A stretch of DNA of 34,559 bases from Eubacteriales bacterium (GCA_045535415.1 JAZSLO010000005.1:1-34559), one strand, 5' to 3'. Counted from the stretch's first letter, positions 8,107 to 16,601 are shown. Numbers and translations: made by a program. Notes: a model not told the origin generated them from the sequence alone.

Positions 8107-8814
8107 ATGTCGGTTTACACAATTGCAGACTTGAGTATTCAGATAAACAACAAGTATTCATTGACAACTGATATATGCAAAGACTATATCTGCAAAGAAA
8201 ATAATCCCAAAATCGACCTTATTATAACTCCAAATGACAAAGACTATGAGAATGACAAAAAGTATTTAAAATGCCCCACAGAGCCTTATCTTGAATCTCT
8301 CTCAATTTACAGACAGATTGCAAGGCAGATGCTTGATGTGGGCGGTTTTGTTATGCACGCATCTGTTGTTGAAAAGGACGGACAAGCCTATGCCTTTGCA
8401 GCAAAAAGCGGAACAGGCAAATCAACTCACTCGAGGCTTTGGATTGAAGCTTTCGGCAAGGACAGTGCAAGAATCATAAACGGCGACAAACCGCTTATAA
8501 GGTATAAAGACTCAAAGTTTTATGTTTACGGAACTCCCTGGTGCGGAAAAGAAGGATACAATGTAAATGCAAAAGCACCTCTCAAAGCAATTTGTTTTCT
8601 TGAAAGAAGTGAGGAAAACAGAATTGAACTTTTAGACAAAAATCTGGCAGTAAAAAAGATTTTCACACAGCTTTTACCGCCTGAAAATCCTTCGCAGGCG
8701 CAGAAAATGTTTGACCTTATTGAACTTCTTATTTCGAATGTAAAGTTCTACACGCTTTATTGCAACAAGGAAAAAGATGCAGCAATAGTTGCGTATAACG
8801 GAATGAAGGAGTAA
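8107..8814 (+). CDS. HPr kinase-like / PEPCK-like P-loop protein (uncharacterised kinase)
   Basis: 235 aa. MHASVVEKDGQAYAFAAKSGTGKSTHSRLW is a Walker A motif in HprK-like context, followed by INGDKPLI and GTPWCGKEG. There is a strong GAGGAGG SD and a 33-nt gap after coaW. Confidence 0.65.
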   Translation: MSVYTIADLSIQINNKYSLTTDICKDYICKENNPKIDLIITPNDKDYENDKKYLKCPTEPYLESLSIYRQIARQMLDVGGFVMHASVVEKDGQAYAFAAKSGTGKSTHSRLWIEAFGKDSARIINGDKPLIRYKDSKFYVYGTPWCGKEGYNVNAKAPLKAICFLERSEENRIELLDKNLAVKKIFTQLLPPENPSQAQKMFDLIELLISNVKFYTLYCNKEKDAAIVAYNGMKE

Positions 8815-8816
8815 AA

Positions 8817-9257
8817 ATGATAACAGAATTTGAAAAAATGCTCCCTGATTTGAAAAAAGCAATATGTGAAAAAGGTGAATTCATTTTCAATTTTTCACCA
8901 AAAGGCAACAGTATGCACCCGCTTATAAAGCAAAATTTTTATGTGGTGCATCTCAAAAGGGCTGAAAATATCAGAAAGTTTGATATTCTTCTTTATAGGC
9001 GTGATAACGGAAACTTTGTGATTCACAGAGTTATAAAGGTTAAAAACGGCACTCTTACAATGTGTGGTGACAATCAGATTTACCTCGAAAAAGGAATAAG
9101 ATACGATCAGGTTTTGGGCGTTGTCAAAACACTTGTCGAACCCGGCGGAAGAGTTATAAAATGCTATGGTCCAAAAAACTATGCCTATTCCCTGCTTATA
9201 AGATTTCACATGTTTTTAAGACACATAAAGGAATACATCAAAAGAAAAATCAAATAA
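8817..9257 (+). CDS. S24/S26-family (SipW/ER-type-like) serine peptidase lacking a membrane anchor
   Basis: 146 aa with a Ser box KGNSMHP, a His box FVIHRVIKV and CGDNQ. There is no TM or signal sequence. Its SD GAAGGAG lies inside the last codons of the upstream kinase gene, with a 2-nt gap. Confidence 0.7.
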   Translation: MITEFEKMLPDLKKAICEKGEFIFNFSPKGNSMHPLIKQNFYVVHLKRAENIRKFDILLYRRDNGNFVIHRVIKVKNGTLTMCGDNQIYLEKGIRYDQVLGVVKTLVEPGGRVIKCYGPKNYAYSLLIRFHMFLRHIKEYIKRKIK

Positions 9258-9263
9258 AAGAAA

Positions 9264-9293
9264 AGGTCCGGCTTTCGCCGGACCTCATTTTTT
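9264..9293. terminator. Bidirectional terminator between the peptidase gene and hpf
   Basis: 9-bp GC-rich stem AGGTCCGGC / GCCGGACCT with loop TTTC. A T-run lies downstream on the plus strand and an A-run upstream. The flanking genes are convergent. Confidence 0.85.
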
Positions 9294-9296
9294 ATC

Positions 9297-9815
9297 TTAT
9301 TCTATTGTTTCAATAAGACCATATTCGTTATTTGCCTTTTTATAAACAAGATTTACAGCATCGGTATGCTCATCTTTAAACAGGAAGAACGAGTGTCCCA
9401 AAAGATTCATTTGCAAAACCGCCTCTTCCGCGCTCATGGGCGATAATCTAAACTGTTTTGTCTTTGAAATTACAATTTCGTCTTCTTCTATAATTTCCTC
9501 GTCAAAGAGCGGTATTTTTTCAACCTTAAATCTCTTTTCAAGTCTTGTTTTATTCTTTCTTATCTGTCTTTCTATTATATCAACAGACTTATCAAGCGCC
9601 GCCGTTATAACATCCTCTGCCACTTCAGAGCGGAACATTGTTCCCTTATAAACAATGGTGGTTTCAAGAATTTCTTTATTTCTCTCCGAGCGCATTGTAA
9701 CATTGGCTGTTGCTTCGTCTGAGAAAAACTTATCAAACTTTGACAGTTTCTTTTCGACAAGATTTTTCAAATCCTCGGTTACATTAAATTTTCTTCCTAC
9801 GATTGTTACCTTCAT
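9297..9815 (-). CDS. hpf: Ribosome hibernation promoting factor (long HPF)
   Basis: 172 aa. It has an N-terminal YfiA/HPF domain (MKVTIVGRKFNVTEDLK...) plus the C-terminal dimerisation domain typical of Firmicutes. GGAGG SD. Confidence 0.9.
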   Translation of the reverse strand: MKVTIVGRKFNVTEDLKNLVEKKLSKFDKFFSDEATANVTMRSERNKEILETTIVYKGTMFRSEVAEDVITAALDKSVDIIERQIRKNKTRLEKRFKVEKIPLFDEEIIEEDEIVISKTKQFRLSPMSAEEAVLQMNLLGHSFFLFKDEHTDAVNLVYKKANNEYGLIETIE

Positions 9816-9864
9816 AAATGAAACCTCCTATGTGTTTTTAGATAAACTCTGTTTATCTATGTAC

Positions 9865-9893
9865 ATTATAACATACAAATCGCATTTTGTAAA
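9865..9893 (-). promoter_or_regulatory. Sigma-A promoter of hpf
   Basis: Minus strand: -35 TTTACA (9888-9893), 17-nt spacer, TGT-TATAAT (9865-9870). Confidence 0.6.
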
Positions 9894-9913
9894 GGTGTTT
9901 TTTGTATAAAATG

Positions 9914-9950
9914 CAAAAAATATTAAAGACAGACCAAGCGGTCTGCCTTT
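9914..9950 (-). terminator. Rho-independent terminator after the fumarase alpha gene
   Basis: Stem 9925-9935 / 9940-9950 (AAAGACAGACC / GGTCTGCCTTT) with one mismatch and loop AAGC. TTTTTT follows on the minus strand. Confidence 0.7.
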
Positions 9951-9959
9951 AAAAGCATT

Positions 9960-10805
9960 TTAGATTATACAAGTTTTATGTCTTGTAACGTGACATCCGA
10001 TGTTTACGGCAACAGGAAGTCCTGCAATATGTGTTGGGTAATATTCAATATTCACACCAAGTGCCGTTGTATTTCCGCCAAAGCCTTGCGGTCCTACATC
10101 AAGTTCGTTTATCCTTGAAAGAAGCCTTTCTTCAAGATTTGCATAATTGGTGTTAGGGTTTCTCTCATTTATATTTCTTGTAAGTGCAAGTTTTGAAAGA
10201 TATGCTGCATACTCAAAAGTTCCGCCAATACCAACACCCACAACAATTGGTGGACAAGGCATTCCCCCCGCCTCTTTTACGCACTGCAAAACAAAATCTT
10301 CAATGTCAGTTGCAGTTGCCGAGGGGTTGAACATTTTAACACGGCTCATATTTTCACTTCCAAAGCCCTTGGGACAAGCCGTGATTTTAACCTTATCACC
10401 CGGAACTATTTTTGTATAAATTACAGCCGGTGTATTATCATTTGTATTACTTCTGTCAAAGAGAGGGTCACATACCACGCTCTTTCTCAGATACCCTTCG
10501 TTGTATGCAAGCCTTACGCCCTCATTTACGGCGTTTTCAAGGTCATACCCTTGAATATGTACATCCTGACCAATCTCTAAAAAAACAACCGCCATTCCCG
10601 TATCCTGACAGACAGGAACATTGGTATCTTTTGCACACTCTGCGTTCTCTACAAGTTTTGAAAGTATATTTTTTGAAAGATTATTTTCTTCCTTTTCAAT
10701 TGATGCCTTTATACTCTCACAGATATCGCAAGGCAAATTATAATTTGCGTCAATAAACAATTCTTTAACTTTTTGTATTATTACATCCGTATTTATCGTT
10801 CTCAT
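9960..10805 (-). CDS. Class I fumarate hydratase / L(+)-tartrate dehydratase family, alpha (N-terminal domain) subunit
   Basis: The CQDTG motif and overall layout match Fe-S hydro-lyase alpha subunits. The ORF track starts at TTG 10820, but ATG 10805 is preceded by AGAGG. No beta subunit gene follows. Confidence 0.8.
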   Translation of the reverse strand: MRTINTDVIIQKVKELFIDANYNLPCDICESIKASIEKEENNLSKNILSKLVENAECAKDTNVPVCQDTGMAVVFLEIGQDVHIQGYDLENAVNEGVRLAYNEGYLRKSVVCDPLFDRSNTNDNTPAVIYTKIVPGDKVKITACPKGFGSENMSRVKMFNPSATATDIEDFVLQCVKEAGGMPCPPIVVGVGIGGTFEYAAYLSKLALTRNINERNPNTNYANLEERLLSRINELDVGPQGFGGNTTALGVNIEYYPTHIAGLPVAVNIGCHVTRHKTCII

Positions 10806-10816
10806 ATTACCTCTGC

Positions 10817-11083
10817 TCAACTTGGAGTGTCGCTGTAAAAATACTGCCAGTCGGAATGTTTATATCCGAGCTCATCTGATGCGACCTTTTCAATATATTC
10901 GTCATCCATTGGAGCATCAAGTGTATTTTGCAGTTTTTCGTTTTCATACTCAAGTTCTTCCTTGATCTTCTGCAAATTTTCTTTTTCCTCGTTTTTTTCG
11001 TTAATTGTTATCTGCAGTCTTACCGCAATTATCATAACAAGAACCAAAACAACGGATATTACAAACTGTTTTAAATAATTCAT
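10817..11083 (-). CDS. divIC: Septum formation initiator family protein (FtsB/DivIC)
   Basis: 88 aa with an N-terminal TM helix and then a coiled coil (EKENLQKIKEELEYENEKLQ). It sits at the syntenic position after yabQ. Confidence 0.8.
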   Translation of the reverse strand: MNYLKQFVISVVLVLVMIIAVRLQITINEKNEEKENLQKIKEELEYENEKLQNTLDAPMDDEYIEKVASDELGYKHSDWQYFYSDTPS

Positions 11084-11104
11084 ACACTTTCACTTCCTAA
11101 AAAT

Positions 11105-11593
11105 TTAAAATAGTTTTGACACTTTTTTACTAAATTTAATTTTGATTTTTATTCTATAAATCTTTAGACTAAAAGCAAATAATATTTCTCTTACAAATGC
11201 TGTTATCTTATTTTTTGCAATAATAAACGGGCGCATCAAAAACTTCAAAAATCCAAAAAACAAAATAGCGCCTTTTTTTATAACACGCGACAGCCAAAAG
11301 AAAAACTTCAAAATAAAGACCGACAGCGTTACTTTATACACAAGAAAACCGCCGCCACACGAAAAAAGTTCAAACCATCTTATGATGCCGCTATTTGTTT
11401 TAAGTATTGTCAGCACTATTATTATACCTGAAAAACTCGTATAAAGCAAGTCATCTATCAGTAAAATTACTTTTGCTCCGCCAAAAAAGTGGCGCTTTAT
11501 TATAAGTGCATCGTAAAACACACCGAGAACAGCACCTAAAATAAAAGAAAACACAAATGCAGAGTTATTTGTTGTTGGATAGAAAATCTCCAT
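11105..11593 (-). CDS. yabQ: Spore cortex biosynthesis protein YabQ
   Basis: 162-aa multi-TM protein immediately downstream of yabP (6-nt gap), the conserved yabP-yabQ-divIC order. Confidence 0.75.
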   Translation of the reverse strand: MEIFYPTTNNSAFVFSFILGAVLGVFYDALIIKRHFFGGAKVILLIDDLLYTSFSGIIIVLTILKTNSGIIRWFELFSCGGGFLVYKVTLSVFILKFFFWLSRVIKKGAILFFGFLKFLMRPFIIAKNKITAFVREILFAFSLKIYRIKIKIKFSKKVSKLF

Positions 11594-11599
11594 AAATAT

Positions 11600-11863
11600 T
11601 TATCCGCGGAATATTTTAGAAAAAAAGCCTTGTTTTTGATTTGTGTTTGAGTCTGTAAAAAAGAGTGAGGATATATATCCCGATGCCTTGACATTACCTT
11701 TTTCAAGGTCAAGTTCAATTATGCTAAGATTCTCGCCTTCAACATACAAAAAATCTTCATTAACGACGAGTGTTATTCTCTGCTCATCAAAACTCTCAAC
11801 ACTTTTTACTCCCGTTATATTTATGCTTTCTCTTGAATAAATGAATATATTGTTTTCCTGCAT
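11600..11863 (-). CDS. yabP: Sporulation protein YabP
   Basis: ATG 11863 is preceded by GGAGA with an 8-nt spacer, whereas the ORF-track TTG at 11878 lacks an SD. The ITGVKSVESFDEQ...L.VEGENL pattern is typical of YabP/YqfC. Confidence 0.8.
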   Translation of the reverse strand: MQENNIFIYSRESINITGVKSVESFDEQRITLVVNEDFLYVEGENLSIIELDLEKGNVKASGYISSLFFTDSNTNQKQGFFSKIFRG

Positions 11864-11927
11864 AAGCCAATTCTCCAATCAGATTTCTTTAAAAAAACAT
11901 ATGCGGAAAACTTATATTTTATGACTT

Positions 11928-12167
11928 TCAAAGAGCCTCGTACATAAGCGAAGCATCGCCCTTGAGAGCGTGTTCCTTTATTTCACAAACTTTGACCTTT
12001 AATTTCTTTTCACCAAATGTAATTTCAATTATATCGCCGGGTTTTACTTCATATGACGCCTTTACTACATTTCCATTAACAGACACATTTCCTGCATCAC
12101 AAGCATCATTTGCAACCGTTCTTCTTTTAATAAGTCTTGATACCTTTAAATATTTATCTATTCTCAA
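11928..12167 (-). CDS. yabO: RNA-binding S4 domain protein (YabO/Hsp15-like)
   Basis: 79 aa with (M)RIDKYLKVSRLIKRRT. It has a TTG start with a GAGG SD 7 nt upstream and an in-frame TGA just before. Confidence 0.8.
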   Translation of the reverse strand: MRIDKYLKVSRLIKRRTVANDACDAGNVSVNGNVVKASYEVKPGDIIEITFGEKKLKVKVCEIKEHALKGDASLMYEAL

Positions 12168-12191
12168 ATTCTTGCCTCATTTCTCAATATG

Positions 12192-12264
12192 AAAAAACTG
12201 CCTTATGGTGAACATATCTTGCGTCAAACTAAAATTGCCACAAATTTTGCACACCATAAGACAG
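12192..12264 (-). terminator. Long-loop hairpin plus T6 downstream of hup
   Basis: 13-bp stem 12198-12210 / 12252-12264 with a 41-nt loop. On the minus-strand RNA it is fully paired (one G-U) and followed by UUUUUU. On the plus strand the same position is a C-A mismatch. Confidence 0.5.
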
Positions 12265-12289
12265 CCAAGGTCCATTAAAATTTAATCAA

Positions 12290-12571
12290 TTAGCCCTTCT
12301 TTGCAACTGCTTCCTTAAGAGCCTTACCTGCAGAGAATGCAGGACGATATGTTGCGGGAACCTTGATCTTTTCGCCTGTTCTGGGGTTCTTGGATTCTTT
12401 TGCTGCTCTGTACTTAGCTGAGAATGTACCAAAGCCAACGAGCTGAATCTTGTCGTGGTTTGCGAGAGCTTCTGTAAGTGCTTCCATAACTGCGTCTACT
12501 GCCTTTGCAGACTGAGCCTTTGTGAGACCTGCTTTTTCAGCAACTTTTGCTGTGAGTTCTGTCTTGTTCAT
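12290..12571 (-). CDS. hup: HU family DNA-binding protein
   Basis: 93 aa with MNKTELTAKVAEK...GFGTF...R.ARNPRTGE-like sequence (RAAKESKNPRTGEKIKVPA). AAGGAG SD. Confidence 0.95.
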   Translation of the reverse strand: MNKTELTAKVAEKAGLTKAQSAKAVDAVMEALTEALANHDKIQLVGFGTFSAKYRAAKESKNPRTGEKIKVPATYRPAFSAGKALKEAVAKKG

Positions 12572-12613
12572 TTTAAATTCTCCTTAATTTAAAAATAAAG
12601 TTTTCACAATAAT

Positions 12614-12641
12614 AGTATAACATCTTTTTGAATAATTGCAA
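12614..12641 (-). promoter_or_regulatory. Sigma-A promoter of hup
   Basis: Minus strand: -35 TTGCAA (12636-12641), 16-nt spacer, TGT-TATACT (12614-12619). Confidence 0.55.
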
Positions 12642-12745
12642 GAGGTTTTTTCACAAAAAGTGCATAAATTGAATAATTTAACCATTTATTTACAATTTGT
12701 AGTGGGTTTTTGCGTCAAAATGCCCATAAATTGTGTTAATTTATG

Positions 12746-13471
12746 TTAATTTGCGTTATTTTCAGGTTCAAAATTCCTTAAAAAATCATTATTTTGGTTA
12801 TACAAAGCCTGCTCTGCATCAATATTGCCCGCTTTTGCAAGTGAAACTGCACAAAACAGCAGTTTTCCAATATCCTTTTCTGCGATATTCTGAGATGAAA
12901 TATTGTCAAGGGTCTCCACCATTTCGCTCTTAATTTCATCAAAACTCTTTTCTATGGAAAGTCCTGTTTTATAAGATTTTGACAAAAGTTTCTGGCAACG
13001 CATAAGCGACGGAAGACTCACCGCAACGCTCTTTAACTGCTCATACGGAGTCTTTCTCTCTTTTTCCTTATTCTTTATCTTCTCCCAAGTTTCAAGAACC
13101 TTTTCGGAAGTGTCCGCAAAAGTGTCGCCAAAAACATGAGGGTGTCTTTCTATCATCTTTTTGCAGATTCCGTCTATAACATTGTTTACATCAAATTTTA
13201 CGTCTTCTTTTGTTATCTGAGCATGGAAAATAACCTGAAAGAGAACATCTCCAAGCTCTTCACACATAAGTTCATTATCATCAGCATCAAGCCCCTCAAT
13301 AAACTCATATGTTTCATCAATAAGTGCGTTTCTTATAGACTTATTTGTCTGTTCCCTATCCCATACGCATCCTTCATCAGAGCGAAGTACTTTCACAAGG
13401 TCTAAAAGATCATCAAAGTTATAATGTTGTTTTTCACAGAGCTGTGTTTTGAGTTTTTGAATTTCAGTCAT
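12746..13471 (-). CDS. mazG: MazG nucleoside triphosphate pyrophosphohydrolase
   Basis: 241 aa with the EETYEFIEG...EELGDVLFQV MazG motif plus a second degenerate MazG repeat. It overlaps the upstream gene by 8 nt. Confidence 0.85.
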   Translation of the reverse strand: MTEIQKLKTQLCEKQHYNFDDLLDLVKVLRSDEGCVWDREQTNKSIRNALIDETYEFIEGLDADDNELMCEELGDVLFQVIFHAQITKEDVKFDVNNVIDGICKKMIERHPHVFGDTFADTSEKVLETWEKIKNKEKERKTPYEQLKSVAVSLPSLMRCQKLLSKSYKTGLSIEKSFDEIKSEMVETLDNISSQNIAEKDIGKLLFCAVSLAKAGNIDAEQALYNQNNDFLRNFEPENNAN

Positions 13472-15134
13472 TTATTTCTTCCTTTTTTTCGAGCAAATTG
13501 AATTTATCCATCATTCTTTCAAGGGCATCTGCCTTTGGCATCATTCTTATATCGTCTCGGCTCAGTCCCTTTGACAAAAGAAGAACTGCCGCATAAGTAA
13601 CAACTGCAACGCCTATTGCAGCAACTGTTGTAATATTATAATTAAATCCCACAGCGTCAAGTGCTTTTGATACTACTATTGCAGCTGCGCCGCAGCATAT
13701 TCCCGAAACAAGCGGTTTTACAAATATTTTTGCCACCTTTGGAACATAACCTGTATACTTTATAACAAAGAACAGATTAAATGCCATTATTGTAAAATAG
13801 CAAAGCATTGTTCCTGCCGCAGAGCCCATAATTCCTGTGCCCTCAATTCCGGATATTACATATGTTGACACAAGTTTCACGACAATACCCGACACTGTTG
13901 AAATTATTGTAAGTCTTTCTTTTCTGAATGTCTGAAGAATTGAATTTGTAATTGCAATAATACCAAGGAAGAATATAGCACAAGCAACAAGCGACAACGC
14001 CGGCGCTGCCAAATCAAGTGTTGAAACTGTGCCCTTTCCCGTATCAATTATTTCATTTTTAAAGAGCATATCAACAATTCTTCTTGACATTGTTGCAAGA
14101 CCAATGGCACACGGAATTGCAATTATTGAGCAGTTTCTGAAAGCCGATTCAATATTTACAAATGCTTTTGTCTTATTATTGACTGCAAGAGATGATGATA
14201 TTGCGGGAATTGCACTTATTGCAAAGGGATAAATAAAGGTGGGTGTCATATTGAAAAGCGGAATTACCATTGATGAATATGTTCCGTAAAACGATGTTGC
14301 CGCAGACTCGGTCACACCCGTTGTCATTACCTGCTTTGCAAGGACAAATGTATCAACTATATTTGTAAGTCCCATAATTGAGGATGCAAGAGTTATCGGA
14401 ATTGCAGTAATTACAAGTTCCTTTATAATGCTCTTTGAGTCCCTGACGGGAAGGTTTTCACTCTGCAAAAGTTCTACATCTCTTTTTCTTTTTGCATTTA
14501 TTATCATAACATAAACGCAAGAGAGTGCGACACCTATTGTAACACCCGATATAACATACGCCGCAACCTTTTCAAGAGGAAATGAAAGTCTCATAAAGTA
14601 AAGAGCCGCAATAAGTCCTATACCAAGCTTTCCAAGAGATTCTATAACCTGAGACACTGCTGTGGGCACCATATCAGAAAGTCCCTGAAAATAGCCTCTG
14701 TAAGCACTTGAAACGCAAATAAAGAATATAGTAGGTGCAATTGCAAGCATTGCGTATACAGAACCCGGCATTTCGGCATTATTTGCAAACACCTTTGAAA
14801 GTGCCATCATAACCGCAGTTCCGACAACACCGATAACTATAAACATTTTGAGGGCAACAGTAAATATTTTCTTTGCCTCTGGTATATTTTTTCTCTCGCT
14901 GCTCTGCGCTACCATTCTCGACACTGCAACGGGAATACCCGCAGTTGAGATGTTATAGAACACAACGTATATAGCATATGCCGCATTGAAATATGCCATA
15001 CCTTCAACGCCGATAATATTAGTTAATGGCAGTCTGAAAAATGCACCTATAATTTTAACCAAAATATTTGATACAAGCAAAATCATAGCACCGAGTACAA
15101 ATGTCTGTCCCTTTTGCTTTGCCAAATTTATCAC
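13464..15134 (-). CDS. MOP-superfamily polysaccharide/lipid II flippase-like protein (SpoVB/YabM-like)
   Basis: About 550 aa and about 14 TM helices, at the syntenic position of yabM upstream of mazG/yabN. The ORF-track start is GTG 15134. TTG 15125 has better spacing to AAGGGTGA. Confidence 0.8.
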   Translation of the reverse strand: MINLAKQKGQTFVLGAMILLVSNILVKIIGAFFRLPLTNIIGVEGMAYFNAAYAIYVVFYNISTAGIPVAVSRMVAQSSERKNIPEAKKIFTVALKMFIVIGVVGTAVMMALSKVFANNAEMPGSVYAMLAIAPTIFFICVSSAYRGYFQGLSDMVPTAVSQVIESLGKLGIGLIAALYFMRLSFPLEKVAAYVISGVTIGVALSCVYVMIINAKRKRDVELLQSENLPVRDSKSIIKELVITAIPITLASSIMGLTNIVDTFVLAKQVMTTGVTESAATSFYGTYSSMVIPLFNMTPTFIYPFAISAIPAISSSLAVNNKTKAFVNIESAFRNCSIIAIPCAIGLATMSRRIVDMLFKNEIIDTGKGTVSTLDLAAPALSLVACAIFFLGIIAITNSILQTFRKERLTIISTVSGIVVKLVSTYVISGIEGTGIMGSAAGTMLCYFTIMAFNLFFVIKYTGYVPKVAKIFVKPLVSGICCGAAAIVVSKALDAVGFNYNITTVAAIGVAVVTYAAVLLLSKGLSRDDIRMMPKADALERMMDKFNLLEKKEEIND

Positions 15135-15137
15135 CCT

Positions 15138-16601
15138 TTATTTTAGATTTGAATAAAATTCAATTACGCTCTTTGCGTCAAAGCCTTTATATTTTTCTTT
15201 ATCAAGATATTCATACGGATACTTTGGTGCAAATATTCTGTCAACATTTAAATCTTTTGGATTTACAAGCTTTGTTACCGCCCCTGCCCCTGCCGACAGT
15301 ACTGTATGATATTCGCCCATCATAACCGTGTTATATATACATTCTTTACCCGAAATAGAATACCCCGTATTTTCAAGATTTCCTGCGGTATTTTTCTGTC
15401 TGTAAACATAGTACGGAAAATACCCGTTTTCATTTATCTTTTGATATGCCGTATCGCACATCTTGTTTGCTTTTTCATATTCTTTTACATAATCGGTATT
15501 ACCCGAAACTGTAAATGTCGAGGACTTTTTGAGTGTAAAAGAATGTACCGTTATATTTTCAGGACAAAGTGAAATTACGTCATCAAGGCTCTTTTCAAAG
15601 CTTTCAAGAGTATCCGACGGAAGTGACGATATAAGGTCACAGTTTATACAGTCAAAACCTACATTTCTTGCCAAATCAAAGGCTTCATAAAACATTTTTG
15701 CCGTATGATTTCTGCCAATGAATTTCAAAGTTTCATCATTTGTCGTCTGCGGGTTTATACTTATTCTCGAAACGCCAAAACTCTTTAAAACCTCAAGTTT
15801 TTCCTTTGTTATGCAGTCAGGTCTTCCTGCCTCGAATGTAACTTCAACATCATTTTTTATATCAAAGTTATTATATACACATTTCAAAAGGTCATATATC
15901 TGTCTTTGGTCAAGTATTGCAGGTGTTCCGCCACCAAAATAGACACTGCAAAGATTCAAGTCCAAAACCTTTGTGCATTTTGAAATATCGCAAATTTCCT
16001 GCTTTAATTTTTCAAGATACTGTGGGATAAGCGACAAAAGTCGTGGCGTTGTGCAGGAAACAAACGAGCAATAAGAGCATCTTGTCGGGCAAAACGGAAT
16101 TGATATGTATAGCGAAAAAGGATTTTCCGGGAATTTTGACAATATTTCCCTCTCTTTTTTTGCGCCATCAATACACAAATTCACTTTCCCACGGCTTATT
16201 GCATAATCTTTCTCAAGAATCCGCTGCGCCGCATCCTCGCCAAATTCGTTAATAAATCCTCTTGCAAGTTTTAGCGGTTTTACACCCGTTGAAATACCCC
16301 AAGGTACTCTAATTTTAAAAATCTCATAAAAAGCATCAAGGATACATCTTCCAATAAGATTTTTCATTTGATTTTTCTTTGAAAAATCAATTTTTTCGCT
16401 TGAACTTACACTTGACTCTTTATCTAAAACACAAAGTTTTATGTTTGCAAACAGTGTACCATCTTGTACATAGGCATCCACATACATTTGCGAATCTGCA
16501 TCATTCTCTGTGAATTTTTCGCAAGGCATAAACAGCAGCACAAGTGACTGATAATACAGCATTTTTGCTGAGTTTGTATTATCGTTTATGTTTATAATCA
16601 T
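15138..16601 (-). CDS. hemZ: Radical SAM coproporphyrinogen-dehydrogenase-like protein (HemZ type)
   Basis: 487 aa with a CPTRCSYCSF CxxxCxxC cluster, a HemN-like core and an extended N-terminus. It overlaps dtd by 4 nt. Confidence 0.75.
   Translation of the reverse strand: MIININDNTNSAKMLYYQSLVLLFMPCEKFTENDADSQMYVDAYVQDGTLFANIKLCVLDKESSVSSSEKIDFSKKNQMKNLIGRCILDAFYEIFKIRVPWGISTGVKPLKLARGFINEFGEDAAQRILEKDYAISRGKVNLCIDGAKKEREILSKFPENPFSLYISIPFCPTRCSYCSFVSCTTPRLLSLIPQYLEKLKQEICDISKCTKVLDLNLCSVYFGGGTPAILDQRQIYDLLKCVYNNFDIKNDVEVTFEAGRPDCITKEKLEVLKSFGVSRISINPQTTNDETLKFIGRNHTAKMFYEAFDLARNVGFDCINCDLISSLPSDTLESFEKSLDDVISLCPENITVHSFTLKKSSTFTVSGNTDYVKEYEKANKMCDTAYQKINENGYFPYYVYRQKNTAGNLENTGYSISGKECIYNTVMMGEYHTVLSAGAGAVTKLVNPKDLNVDRIFAPKYPYEYLDKEKYKGFDAKSVIEFYSNLK

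Noticed and set aside
12642-12745. Possible terminator between mazG and hup
   Set aside because: I could not find a stable hairpin followed by a T-run on the minus strand. The GGGTTTTTGCGTCAAAATGCCC segment pairs poorly. mazG may read into the hup promoter region.
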